Below are positions 11,097 through 22,297 of a DNA stretch of 64,000 bases, one piece after another. The position numbers and the translations under genes were made by a program. Within the stretch, counting starts at the first letter, position 1. Every line of letters begins with the position of its first letter. Source of the stretch: Naegleria gruberi (taxonomy: Eukaryota); the NCBI GenBank assembly GCA_000004985.1, contig GG738865.1, one strand, 5' to 3'. Under the pieces are notes generated by a model. It did no database searches. It was not told the DNA's origin and was given only the letters and a program-made list of their open reading frames with translations.

Positions 11097-13193
11097 ATGA
11101 ATAGACGATCATCTTCTAATTGCTTTATCAATTATTTGCTGATGAATAGTCATCATCATGGCACTACAAGTACAATAAGGAGAACAATGATGAGGAGTTT
11201 AATGAATAATAATAGTGGATTGACAACAACAAAAACAACATTAATTAATAATAATAACCGAGGAGGACATTTGAATATATTGTCATCATCATCAGTATCT
11301 GTTAATAATAATAATAATAGGAGAGAATTTAAAACAAATTATTGGACACAAAGTAAACAGGAAAATGGGAATATTGTTGATCATTCATTGGTCGAAGCCT
11401 TGATTACTTTCGAAAGTTCGAGAAAAAGTGTAAATGATAATTTATCAATTCTTTGTAATCAGAGTGACATTACTGAAGAGAGATTGACATCAATATTAAA
11501 TCAAAAGATTATTGAAAAGTTAGATCCATCAACAATATTTACAATGATGCAATTCTATGCCAAGAAGGGAAATGCTCCAAAAGTTAAGGAATTATATAGA
11601 CACATCAAGAATCCAAATGAGGAATCAAAAAAGCAACTTGTTAAATTGTTGGCTTTGGCTGGTTCTAGATTGAAAACAAAAACAAATCCAGAATCAATCA
11701 CACCAAAGGTGGCAAAGAATTTAATGAAAACAATGCCTTCAAATATCAATGTAGCTCATAAGAGAAGTATTTCTGAGCTTAAAGAGGTAGAGGATGCCTT
11801 GAAAAAGAAAAAAGACAGTGTATCATATACACACAGTGTTGTAATTGAAGCATTCTCAATTAGAGGTAACATGAAACAAGCTGAAACTTATTTTGAAAAT
11901 ATTCAACATGTGAATACTGAAGTTTTAAATTCAATGATTGATGGTTGGATTAGAACTTTGACCAAGAGTGATAAATCTCTCATTGAAGGCCAATCTGAAA
12001 ACACAAGTGAAGAATCATTTAATTTTGTAAAGGGCAGAGTGAATTATTATTTTGATTTATTTGACTTGTACAAGATCAAGAGAGATGTGAGAACCTATGC
12101 CTATTTTCTCAGATTTAAATTTATTGAAGCTCTTTTCGTGGATCCTAAAGATCCAGATGTAAATTCAATTGTAGATTTAATAGAGAGTATGATAAGCAAG
12201 GATAAAATTTCACCAGACAATTATTTCGTCTCGACATTCCTTGCCAGACTGAATACCATACACTCCAAAGCCAAAGTGAAAAAGCTTTACAGTACCTATA
12301 AGAAACACCTCCTCAAAGTTAAAGTCACAAATGCCAATAATTTAGCCATCCTCACCACACTTGCCAACTCGAAATGTATTCCAGAAGCTCTTTCATTGTT
12401 TGAACACTTGAAAAAGTCACTTCCAACAAATGAAAAGACCACTGCTTATGAAATTATGATTTCCATGTTCTTGGAGAGTGATGACGAGGCAGCTATTGTG
12501 TTAATTGATGACATGATTCAAAAGAAAGTACCTAGATCCTCTAAAACTTACTACTCTGTTCTCAACTACTTTTCACAACAAGGCAATCACAAGGCAGTGT
12601 CCAAATATTTCCAACTCTTACAGGTTGAGGGGGTTTCGTTGACTCCAGAAATTCTCAAAGTATCCCTAAAGAGTTTAGCTTTAACGAGAAGTAAGAAACA
12701 AGTAATGGACATTCTCAAGAGAGCAGAAACTGAGAATTATCTCACTGAGGAAAGTTGTTCTTCATTTATTGGAACTTATGGACTTTTGGAAGAATTGGAA
12801 GAAGCTGAAAGAGTTTTCAATCTTTTCAAAGATACAAACATGCTGGATATTTACAATGAAATGTTATGTACATATGTTAATCACTCATGTGTTGGTGATG
12901 CCATCACTCTCTATTTGGATTATCCAATGAAGGGTGATATTTTCACGTATGAAACTCTTGTTGGAGCTTTGGGTATTTCAAAAGAGTATTCTGCCATTTT
13001 ACAAATTCACAAAATCATGATCAAGCTTGGTATTCGACCAACTTTTAAATATTATGATCAACTCATTGATATTCTCACCAAGGAACCAGTAACGGATCCA
13101 GAAGTTAAATCCTTCCTCCAATCTCTCCCAGATGAAATGTCTCAATTCAACATTGGACAAATTGAACAATTAATCATGAGACTTTTGTTTTAA
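11097..13193 (+). CDS. helical-repeat (PPR/TPR-like) protein with N-terminal presequence, probably mitochondrial; 698 aa
   Basis: Single long ORF. Basic, Ser/Arg-rich N-terminus, then an Asn-rich low-complexity stretch, then repeated about 35-aa helical hairpin units (e.g. SYTHSVVIEAFSIRGNMKQAETYFENI, LNSMIDGWIR). Assigned by pattern only. Confidence 0.4.
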   Translation: MNRRSSSNCFINYLLMNSHHHGTTSTIRRTMMRSLMNNNSGLTTTKTTLINNNNRGGHLNILSSSSVSVNNNNNRREFKTNYWTQSKQENGNIVDHSLVEALITFESSRKSVNDNLSILCNQSDITEERLTSILNQKIIEKLDPSTIFTMMQFYAKKGNAPKVKELYRHIKNPNEESKKQLVKLLALAGSRLKTKTNPESITPKVAKNLMKTMPSNINVAHKRSISELKEVEDALKKKKDSVSYTHSVVIEAFSIRGNMKQAETYFENIQHVNTEVLNSMIDGWIRTLTKSDKSLIEGQSENTSEESFNFVKGRVNYYFDLFDLYKIKRDVRTYAYFLRFKFIEALFVDPKDPDVNSIVDLIESMISKDKISPDNYFVSTFLARLNTIHSKAKVKKLYSTYKKHLLKVKVTNANNLAILTTLANSKCIPEALSLFEHLKKSLPTNEKTTAYEIMISMFLESDDEAAIVLIDDMIQKKVPRSSKTYYSVLNYFSQQGNHKAVSKYFQLLQVEGVSLTPEILKVSLKSLALTRSKKQVMDILKRAETENYLTEESCSSFIGTYGLLEELEEAERVFNLFKDTNMLDIYNEMLCTYVNHSCVGDAITLYLDYPMKGDIFTYETLVGALGISKEYSAILQIHKIMIKLGIRPTFKYYDQLIDILTKEPVTDPEVKSFLQSLPDEMSQFNIGQIEQLIMRLLF

Positions 13194-13409
13194 AGTATTA
13201 AAGTAAATAGTTTATTATTGATTAATAGTGATTACTAATAGGTGCTAGGTGCTAATATTCAAGGTTATTAAGAATTTAAGAGAAATGCCCCCTTTGTGGG
13301 GAACAAGATTTTTTGTTATTAGCCGTGTGCTGGTTTTTCAAACACATTTTCGCGCCAATTTTCTGACCGTTACCATTATTAAAATACTCCAAAAAAATAA
13401 CAACAAGGT

Positions 13410-15455
13410 ATGCCTCCACCTCCTCCTTCAACATCTTCATCATCAACACCAAGAGGAAAGGCAATGCGATCTGCTTTTCTACCACCCGAAACCCCATTAT
13501 CAACCAAAATTAGAAAACCAATCAGGGCCACTCCTTCTTCTTCAACTTCCTCATCGACCAATGGCACTAAGCTACAAGAACAAGAACAGCTACAAGACCA
13601 ATGTATTAAAGTGTACATTAGAATTCGTCCGAACGATGATCATGACCAATTACAAATTGAATTTCTCAACAATTCTTCAATTCAAGTCACGTGTAAAAAT
13701 CAAGAAAAGGCAGATACACCAAAAGTATTCCTATTTGATCAGGTTTTGGATGAAAATGTTTCTCAGCAACAAGTTTTTGATTTGATTGGTGTTCCAGTTG
13801 TTGAAGAACTTCTTCAGGGGTTCAATGCTTCCATTTTAGGTTATGGACATACAGGATCTGGTAAAACATTTACAATGGGAACTAATCTTCATGAGATTGC
13901 AGATTCCTTTGAGAGTGGCAATTTGCCTGCTGCTTGTGGTTTATTGCCACGAATTGTTGAAAGGTTGCTAAACAGGAAGAAAGTGGACGAACAATTAAGC
14001 TGCTCCTTATTTGAAATTTATAATGGAGGAGTTTATGATTTATTTGGAGAGGCCAGCAAAAAGTGTAAGGTCAAGTATTCAAACGGTGTGGATGTTGTGA
14101 CCAATGCTAAAAAGAAGCTTATTCATTCACTGTCTGATCTTTCTTCCATTTCGTCTGGTTTAAAAAGGAGACATCAAAGTGCAACTGGACAAAATCTATC
14201 CTCATCAAGATCACACTGCATCTTTAGATTGTTTATCACAACTGCAGACAATACTGAAAGATGCCTAAACATGGTTGACTTGGCTGGATCTGAACGTCAA
14301 AAAACTGCCAACATTCACGCTGATAAAATGTTACTAGATGAAGCAAATTACATTAATACTTCATTGACAGTTTTGAAAAGATGCATTGAAGCAGTCTATA
14401 ATAATCAATCCAATACTGATAAGAAGACACTAGTTCCATACAGGGAAGATAATCTTGCCTTATTGTTGCATTCAACTTTGGAAGGAAATTCAAAAACTTT
14501 CTTTATTGGAAATATTGGAACTGCAAGTGAATCGATATCAACTTTGAATTATGCACAAACGGCAAGAAAGATTAAAAAGATGACTAGCAAGTTGAGTTCA
14601 ATGTTGAAGAAGAAATCAGGAGGATTGTTTGAAGAGGAAATTGAAAAGTTAAAGAAAGAGTTGGAAGAAACTAAGGGTAAATTGGATGAGGAAAGAGATA
14701 GCAAGACCAAACATATTGAAGAACTCTCACAGAAAATTGCATTATTAGAAACTAAACAACAGGAAGCTAATGAAATTCTCAAACAATCGAATACCATTAT
14801 AGAAGAGATGCAAATCAGAGACGATTCTCTGAAAGAAATTTGCTCAGAAAAAGAAGAAATTATTTCAAATCTCTTTGAAGAATTGTCAAAAGCCAGAAAA
14901 GAAAGCGAGCTCTTGGAGAAGGACAATTCAACATTGAAGAGTGAAAATTCAATTCTTTTGGAAGCAATTGAAAATCAATGTGAAATCATTAGACAACGAG
15001 ATAAGGAACATGATTCAGCTTTCCAAAATTTGAAAGAGCAACTAGACGAATATCAAAAACAGTCATCCTCAAAGACTCTTACAATTCAAACTCTGCGAGA
15101 TGAATTGAAAAAAAAGGACAAAATCATACAGAGAAAATCTTCAACTACTGCAGAACAACTTTATCAGACCATTGAAAATTTACTTAAAACAATTGAAGAT
15201 CAAAAGAAGACAATTCACATGTTTTTGAATGGAACGATGGAAGTTGTGGATATTGATAAGGAAGAAGCTCATGATGGTAATTCATGTGATAGTGATGATG
15301 ATGATGAGAAGGTGATGTCTGATTCTCCAGTTGTGAAATCAAACAAACGAAAGGTAATTTCTCCACTCCAAAATATTGTCTATGAATCAACAGATGAAAA
15401 TAATGAACCAGAATGTAAATATTCAAAATCTGATTTATTAGAATATTTAAAATAA
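13410..15455 (+). CDS. kinesin-like protein: N-terminal motor domain plus long C-terminal coiled coil, 681 aa
   Basis: Motor motifs: IKVYIRIRP, GYGHTGSGKTFTMG (P-loop), SSRSHCIFRLFI (switch I), VDLAGSERQ (switch II), INTSLTVLKRCIEA. Kinesin subfamily not assigned. Confidence 0.85.
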   Translation: MPPPPPSTSSSSTPRGKAMRSAFLPPETPLSTKIRKPIRATPSSSTSSSTNGTKLQEQEQLQDQCIKVYIRIRPNDDHDQLQIEFLNNSSIQVTCKNQEKADTPKVFLFDQVLDENVSQQQVFDLIGVPVVEELLQGFNASILGYGHTGSGKTFTMGTNLHEIADSFESGNLPAACGLLPRIVERLLNRKKVDEQLSCSLFEIYNGGVYDLFGEASKKCKVKYSNGVDVVTNAKKKLIHSLSDLSSISSGLKRRHQSATGQNLSSSRSHCIFRLFITTADNTERCLNMVDLAGSERQKTANIHADKMLLDEANYINTSLTVLKRCIEAVYNNQSNTDKKTLVPYREDNLALLLHSTLEGNSKTFFIGNIGTASESISTLNYAQTARKIKKMTSKLSSMLKKKSGGLFEEEIEKLKKELEETKGKLDEERDSKTKHIEELSQKIALLETKQQEANEILKQSNTIIEEMQIRDDSLKEICSEKEEIISNLFEELSKARKESELLEKDNSTLKSENSILLEAIENQCEIIRQRDKEHDSAFQNLKEQLDEYQKQSSSKTLTIQTLRDELKKKDKIIQRKSSTTAEQLYQTIENLLKTIEDQKKTIHMFLNGTMEVVDIDKEEAHDGNSCDSDDDDEKVMSDSPVVKSNKRKVISPLQNIVYESTDENNEPECKYSKSDLLEYLK

Positions 15456-15458
15456 AAA

Positions 15459-16529
15459 ATGGGAAATAGTCAACCAAGTAGAAATTTCACAAAAAATCAA
15501 TTAACAACACCAGTTTCCATTCCGATATTGTTTCTTATCGGAGATAAATCAAGTGGAAAGACGCAAACTATTCTTTCATATAACCACAGTTTCGAATTAA
15601 ACAGACGAACCCGACATTTAATTATTGAACTTTCGCGATGCATTCTTGGTTATGAAGCTCATCAAATTTCCAAGATTGACGAAAAACATTACAAAAGCAT
15701 TGCAAAAAAGTTAAAAAAAACTTGGAATTCCAAAAAGGAAAATTCTTTAAAATTCAACGCTGAAAATTTTAAAAGAAATTTAAATTATTTTGAAATTTCA
15801 ATTGAAAAACTTTTGGAAATTCTTGAAAAAATTGTAAAGGACGAATTTAGTACTGAATTGACCAATTCAGAAATTCAAATTATTGAACAAGCTCAACTAT
15901 TAATTCATCCATTTGCTTATTTCCTGGAAAATTGGTCAATTGGAACACAAACTAATCAATTAGTTGAATTATGTGCAATTCCAAGATCGAAATTATCACT
16001 TGATTCAGAAACATTTTCATGGATGAAAGAAAGAGAAAATTCTGTCGTTTTGGTTTTCATTTCATTGATTGGATGGTTGGATGAAACAGAGTATAATTTT
16101 CACAATTTTGATGAGATTGGAAAGGTGCTTGGACACGTTTCGAATAAGAAATTCGAATTTGTTTTTACAAAACCAGATCTGTTGTGGAAAATTCTGGCAA
16201 AAGGAGTGAAATATAAACATCAGGTGAAAGATACAAGAGCAGAGTTATTGGATATGGAAACTAAATACGGATTCGATCGAATAGTTAGCTCAATAATTTC
16301 AAAATACGAAACTGAACTACTGGCAGAATGCAATGATGCACAGAAACCTTTCAACTATCACATAGCAAGAACCAATTCATTGGACGAAATCTCAAAAGTG
16401 ATTGAAAGTGCCACTTCTGAATTTTCTCAATTTATTTCACCATTTATTATTCGAAAGACTTTATTCCAACCAGCACATTCCAATCAATTATTCTATTCAG
16501 ATCTATTAATATTGTGCATCTACCCTTAA
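15459..16529 (+). CDS. divergent G-alpha-like P-loop protein (356 aa): P-loop and NKxD-like motif retained, switch II degenerate
   Basis: The MGNSQPS N-terminus resembles a G-alpha start. ILFLIGDKSSGKTQTIL aligns with KLLLLGAGESGKSTIVK. EFVFTKPDLLWKIL aligns with IILFLNKKDLFEEKI. IARTNSLDE sits where TCATDT would be. No DVGGQR is seen (VLVFISLIGWLDE). Length fits a G-alpha. Assignment is tentative. Confidence 0.35.
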   Translation: MGNSQPSRNFTKNQLTTPVSIPILFLIGDKSSGKTQTILSYNHSFELNRRTRHLIIELSRCILGYEAHQISKIDEKHYKSIAKKLKKTWNSKKENSLKFNAENFKRNLNYFEISIEKLLEILEKIVKDEFSTELTNSEIQIIEQAQLLIHPFAYFLENWSIGTQTNQLVELCAIPRSKLSLDSETFSWMKERENSVVLVFISLIGWLDETEYNFHNFDEIGKVLGHVSNKKFEFVFTKPDLLWKILAKGVKYKHQVKDTRAELLDMETKYGFDRIVSSIISKYETELLAECNDAQKPFNYHIARTNSLDEISKVIESATSEFSQFISPFIIRKTLFQPAHSNQLFYSDLLILCIYP

Positions 16530-16883
16530 TAATCCTTTAAATACAGTGAAAAATTGATTATTTTTAACAGAAACTTTCCGTAATGAAATATAACAGTTGA
16601 CATTTCCATAACTCGTGTCAAGTTTCTATCCAATTCTATCTTCATATTACATGATGAAGAAGGTAGAGTAAGCAACTGCCAAACATCAAAATTTGGCCAG
16701 CTCTATACACCAAACAAACATCTTGAAAGTTTTGCAAGTTTAAATTTCAGATCTTGGAAAAAAACGTTGCAACTTTCCATAAACAGTTTCTATTGCCAGA
16801 ACTGTAAAGAAAAAACCAAACTAATCTTCATAGCGCTCAAATTAAACTTTTAGCTTATTAGAAGACACAAAAAAATAAACACA

Positions 16884-19162
16884 ATGAAGTGGTTCTCTAC
16901 TACACATGTGTTTTGTTTGTTGTTGATTTTGTTGGTAGTGGTAGAAAGTGAGTTGACAATTCTGTCAAGCGAAGATTTGGCATTTGACAGTTCCAGGAGT
17001 AATCAGAGTGTTATTGAAAGGAAATTATTATCAATTGACGAAAATATAAAGAGAATCAATATTTCTAACACAAATTTCCTTCAAAATTTAGCAAATGACA
17101 ATTGGCAGGTAATCGCATCAACTCAATCACTAGTAATTGTTAGTTTACAGAATTTAACAACCATTGATGATGTTCTTCTACTCGCATCACGTAAACTAAT
17201 TAAAATTGGTGTACACACTATTATTGGAATAGACATTAGGTTTGTGGAGACGAAACTTCAACTAAACTCGACGAAACACTTCTACAAGACTGAGAGAATG
17301 GACAGAACATCTTCTGATTGTTGGATGGGAAATGTTTTCGAATATTTCGATGTTGTAATTTCAAGTGATTTGTTTCTTCCAATTCTCATAAGACAAAATC
17401 GAGATTGTTATGTCACAACCCCAGTGTTTAGAACATTAGATTATCAAGATTTGAGTTTAGTTTCATTTTCTCCCTTTGAAATAGTAATAGCAAACTCAAA
17501 AGCATCATTTAATGATCTTGTCACCTATCAATATGAAATAATGAACGACATGTTCAAAAATTTACAAATTTCACAACAAGTTTGTGAATCAACGACAAGT
17601 TCATACAAGGAACATGATTATTCAGTGTTGAGAATTGAACAATTTTTCACAAATATTTCAGCGGATGATTTTTTATTTATTGTGGAATATCATGCGTTGG
17701 ATAATTGGACACTAAATCAAACATTTACTAATTTGGCATTTGAAATGGTGTTAAATAGAACTGGATATAGTGTTGATAAGCTCAATTCTATGAAAAGATC
17801 ATTCTTTCCCACAAAATGTTACTCCTGTCTAACGTCATCTTGTATGTGGGAAGACAGAGCTAGTCCAGTAGCTTCAAATGCAGATGGTGTCAGTATTGGA
17901 GGTGGTATCTCTCTATTCATTGCATTATTTTTCTATTTTCCTTCTTTAATTCTATTCAGAAACAGAGAATCGGTCAAGATTCGTCTCATTGTTCCATACG
18001 TTTCGGTTCTGAGTCCAGTTTTCATCATGTTGATTCAGATTTTTCAACTTATCAAGCCGTGTTATTTGCTCTATCAGATTGCTGTTAATTTTCTATCCTG
18101 TTGGTCGATTATCATTTATTTTTTGATTTGTATTCGATTCGTCTTGTTGAGAAATATTTATACGCTAGTTCTGTATCTTAATGAGAGACATATCAAGATT
18201 TTAAAATGGTTAGTGAGTAAGAGAGTTGCAAGTATTGGATCCTTTCTGATGGGTGTGTTGATTGGATGTTTAGTTTCCCTCGTTCCCCTTGTTGGATTTT
18301 ATGATGTAAGTTGTTATTCGAATCCCAAACTAAACATCTTCTTTGAAAATAGGAATTCTTTGGAAATCGTGCTGCCATACAATGTGCTTTCATCACCTTT
18401 GGAATCACTGTAGCCATTGCAACATTATCATTACTAGCACTTGTCATTCATTTCCTCTTCAAGATTCCAATAATTTGGAGAAGAGGTCTATTATATATTC
18501 TATTCTTTGATGATCCATTTCAAATCAAGTTTGATATTTTATTCTTCTCACTCAATACTATAGTCATTACAGTTTATTTATTCACAGAGGCGAATCAGAA
18601 TTATGTTTACAGTATTTTTGCACCACTCCTATCTCACAATATTGGAATGTTGTATAGAGGAGGTTTAGTTTTGATTATTGAATGGTTTAAAACGATTTAT
18701 TTTAGAAAACAACTGAATATGACTGAGAAGGAGAAAGTGGACGAATTGGTTCTTCATTTGGAAAATCCAGAATTCTTCAATTTAATGAAGGAATTTGTTG
18801 CAAAGGAAACTTCACTTGAGAACTTGAAATTTTACGAAGAATTGAAACAAATAGAAAGAATGAGTCAATCTGACAAGAATCCCAAAATCAGTCACGAAGA
18901 AATGATTCGAATAAGGGACAAGTACTTTAAAGAAAATGTTCTATACGAATTGAATATTGGAGGCCAAACTAAGCAATCGTTTCACAATCTCGTAGCAACA
19001 GCTGCAAATCCAAATGAAGAAGTTCGCCTTAAAGATTTGAAATTCATTCTCGATGAAGAATTGATGGGAAATTTGAGTGATGCCTATTTGAGATTGAAAC
19101 AACAACCAGGTTTTAAGAGATGGAAAGTAGCTCACAATATTTATATTGAGGAAAAGGAATAG
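16884..19162 (+). CDS. seven-transmembrane protein with C-terminal RGS domain: signal peptide, large ectodomain, 7 TM, RGS; 2 exons (16884-18305, 18353-19162), 47-nt intron
   Basis: The N-terminus is a cleavable-signal-like helix. Seven hydrophobic helices are split across a GTAAGT...AATAG intron that preserves the frame into ORF 18647-19162. The C-terminal 140 aa match the RGS box (LENLKFYEELKQ; IRDKYFKENVLYELNI; FILDEELMGNLSDAYLRLKQQPGF). Confidence 0.7.
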
Positions 19163-19448
19163 TTTGGGAGTTTTGGAAAAATTTGTACTTTTCTCTATCC
19201 CAAGATTGAGTTTTGATTCTTGAATTCATCTTGGTTCCTTGAAAATCAGTGAAATTACTTTTCGTTCCATTTATTGGAGGAATTCTCTGAATAGTTCACT
19301 CTCGTATTAGGAAAAGCAAACTCATTCCTTTATGAGAGCTCTATGGAACGTTGAAAACCTCATAATCAGTTTGAGAATCCATTAATGTGAAATTTTAGAA
19401 AATATTCTTTACTATTATGGTTAAAGAAATATAGTTCTGGATAATCTT

Positions 19449-21133
19449 TTATTCGTCAGCAATTGCTTTCATATTTTTAATTTCTTCCTCGTGTTTCTCT
19501 CTCAATTCCTTCTTATTGAGCGATTTCTTAAGAATTGCCAAGAATAAGAAAGCTGGAATTAACCAAATAAATAAAACTAAAAGTAAGGTTTGAGGAAGTT
19601 TGAGTTTGGACAAGATACTATAAACACCACTGGTCACAGAAATTCCCAAATAGGTAAATGTTGAAAAGAAACCCATAAATTCACACTTCTTTTCCAATGG
19701 AATTAATTTGCTCATTAATCCACGAGCTACACTAGCATTCCATGCATATAAAAATCCAACAACCAGAAATTGAGCCAAAACAATGTACTTTTCCACTTTC
19801 ATTGAAATTGTAATAAATACTGAATTGAAGAAGAATTAGAAAATTCTCATTCAATTTGATTTGAAAACTTACTCGAAAGTGTTAAAACTCCAAAAAGTGA
19901 ATTTTGACCTGCCAAAACATAAATGTCATGAACCTTGAATAATTTCTCAAAAATTACACCTCCAATCACACCACCAACCATGGCAATCTTGAAATACAAG
20001 TTCAATAACACCTCCTGTTCAAGTCCAAAATTATAAATATCAATAAAAAGAGGTCCCAAATAAATTGTCACAACAGTACCAGCTGTGGAGAAGAATAAAT
20101 AGGAAAAGAGGAAAATCCAACAGTGATAGTATTGCTCATTCCTTCTCCAATGGATGAAGGTCTCAGCAAGTGATTTTAAAGATTTGGCAACCACTGCATA
20201 GACCTTTCCCAATCCTCTCAAATATTTTGGTAATTTGGAGAAACATTCAGGAATTTGCAAAGTTTGTGCTGTTTTGGCAGAAATTGGCTCTGGATTCAGA
20301 GTGACCTTATCTACACCATTTGGACTCAGAATGACAAACAGAGAGACCAGAATGGTGAGACTTGTGAAAACGAGAACCCACCAATTTTCTCTCGAAATAT
20401 CCCAAACTCCTCCCGAAAAAACACTCGAAGGTACAAAGGCCAATACCAATAATCCAACAAGATTGACACCAAATCCAATGAAATTACCCAACAAACTCAA
20501 AATCATCATATTCTTCTTATCAAAACAAGGTAAGAGAGCATTATTATTCATTACTGAAAATCTCAAAAAGAACATGGCCAATATATACACAATTTCACAA
20601 ATAGCCAAATGAGAAGTATAATCCTGTGGTGATTCATGTGGTAATTTATCAGTGAAAAACAATCCAATTGTTGCCAAAATACCCAAATACATTGTCACCA
20701 TCATTGAACTCCTAATTAATTTCAAATTATCAACCAAAGATCCCAAAATTGGCAATGTCAATGCACTTGCCAATGTTGTCACTGTATTAATAATTGAAAA
20801 TGCAGTAGAATACTCAGCTCCACTACCAGAAGCAACATTATGTAAAATCTTTGGATACAGAGCTGAATAGACAATTGTGTTCAACACATTAAAAACAATA
20901 CTAAACGATAACCATCCAATTGAACTTTTCACAACATGAAACAGTATCTGTGTTCTACTACTATGACCCATTCTATTCATTCCATTCTTAGCATCATCAT
21001 GTTCTGCATCATCATCATTCATCATTAATTGTTTTGATTCTTCATTATCAACAAATGATTGATCATGATGATCTATTGATTGAAAACGAGCATGATGATC
21101 ATATTCATCACCTCCATCTCCTCTTTGTATCAT
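19449..21133 (-). CDS. polytopic membrane transporter (MFS-like), 2 exons (21133-19873, 19819-19449), 53-nt intron, about 543 aa
   Basis: About 12 hydrophobic segments. The Asp/His-rich cytosolic N-terminus has no TM helices. A GTAAGT..TTCAG intron joins the 428-aa and 117-aa ORFs in frame. The family call is weak. Confidence 0.5.
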
Positions 21134-21149
21134 TTCTTGTTCTTCTGTT

Positions 21150-21250
21150 CTGTTGTTGTTGATGATGATGTTGAAGAAGAAATGATGATGCAGAATTATT
21201 GTGATGATGAGGATGAGGATGATGATTATTGGAGAGTGATGATAGATCGG
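21150..21250. repeat. low-complexity trinucleotide-rich tract (GTT/GAT/GAA/ATG-type triplets) in the upstream region of the transporter gene
   Basis: Direct reading: ...gttgttgttgatgatgatgttgaagaagaaatgatgatg...gatgatgaggatgaggatgatgat... Confidence 0.5.
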
Positions 21251-21704
21251 AGGGTGCCTTGACGAGTGGTGTAAATTTACTTGGCATTAATTCTTCTCTT
21301 TTTCACAACAAGTGTATGTAGTACTATTAATTATTAAATGTTTGAATATATTGAATATATTGAATTCCTCCGATGAAAATATTTGGATGAGGATGTTGGT
21401 GAGTGATGTGAAGAATCTTTTTTTCAAAGGGTTTTTTGAAAGTTGAGAAGGAGCGGTTTGGCAATGGATGTGTGAAAAGATATTTTGTAAAGATTGGTTC
21501 AGTATGTGATGATGGTAAATTGTATTGAGGCAAAGGGCAAAACGTTGAAGACATTGTTAGTGATATTGAAAAGGGGACTGTTTGATATTTAACAGAAATG
21601 GATTTTCACAAAAGAAATAGTTAAAAATAATCTCAAAGTTGAACTAGAGTCTAGAAATTCTGAAGAAGAGAGAAAGGATATCTTTTATTGACATGCATTA
21701 ATGA

Positions 21705-22073
21705 TCACTTGTTGGATTGATAGATTGAGGAGAGGCTCTCAATTATATCTTTACTCTTTGCAAGTTTTTCTTTTCCAAATTCAATCAAATAACCAATAGA
21801 TCTTATCTGATTCAAGAGCAGCAAAATACAACTCATAGATATGATTGCATATAAATTATTGAAACTACAATAAATCAAAGCAATAAAGTTCAGTAAAGTG
21901 TATATTAACATGCCTAGAGGATCTCTTGTTGCCATTGAATAAAACCCACATAAAACTGCCAACAAAAGCAAAATACGTATGAGTGAAAAACTATAGTTAA
22001 GGGGAGGAGAAAATCTGGAAAAACAAGATAAGATCACCAAAAATCCAATTAGCACCAATTGAAAGGAGAACAT
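21705..22073 (-). CDS. small hydrophobic protein (122 aa, about 3 TM), weak call
   Basis: ATG ORF with three hydrophobic helices. No homology recognisable. Confidence 0.25.
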   Translation of the reverse strand: MFSFQLVLIGFLVILSCFSRFSPPLNYSFSLIRILLLLAVLCGFYSMATRDPLGMLIYTLLNFIALIYCSFNNLYAIISMSCILLLLNQIRSIGYLIEFGKEKLAKSKDIIESLSSIYQSNK

Positions 22074-22297
22074 GTTTCCTAATTTCGAAAATCGGTACTG
22101 ATTTGGAAAGAGGCAATCAGTGGTTCAATATGTTTGGCAAACATGTCGTAAAGTGGTGTCGTGTTGCTTTCAGAGTTGAGCAAGATTGGTTCTGTATGTC
22201 GAGACATTTTTTAAGTTGCTTTCAACCAACTAGAATAATACGCATGCACCTTCTCTGATTGGTCCAAATACGAACTTTACAAAAAATGAATACGTAT

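Noticed and set aside
14549-14926. 125-aa minus-strand Ser/Leu-rich ORF
   Set aside because: It is antisense to the kinesin coiled-coil region (Glu/Lys codons read backwards).
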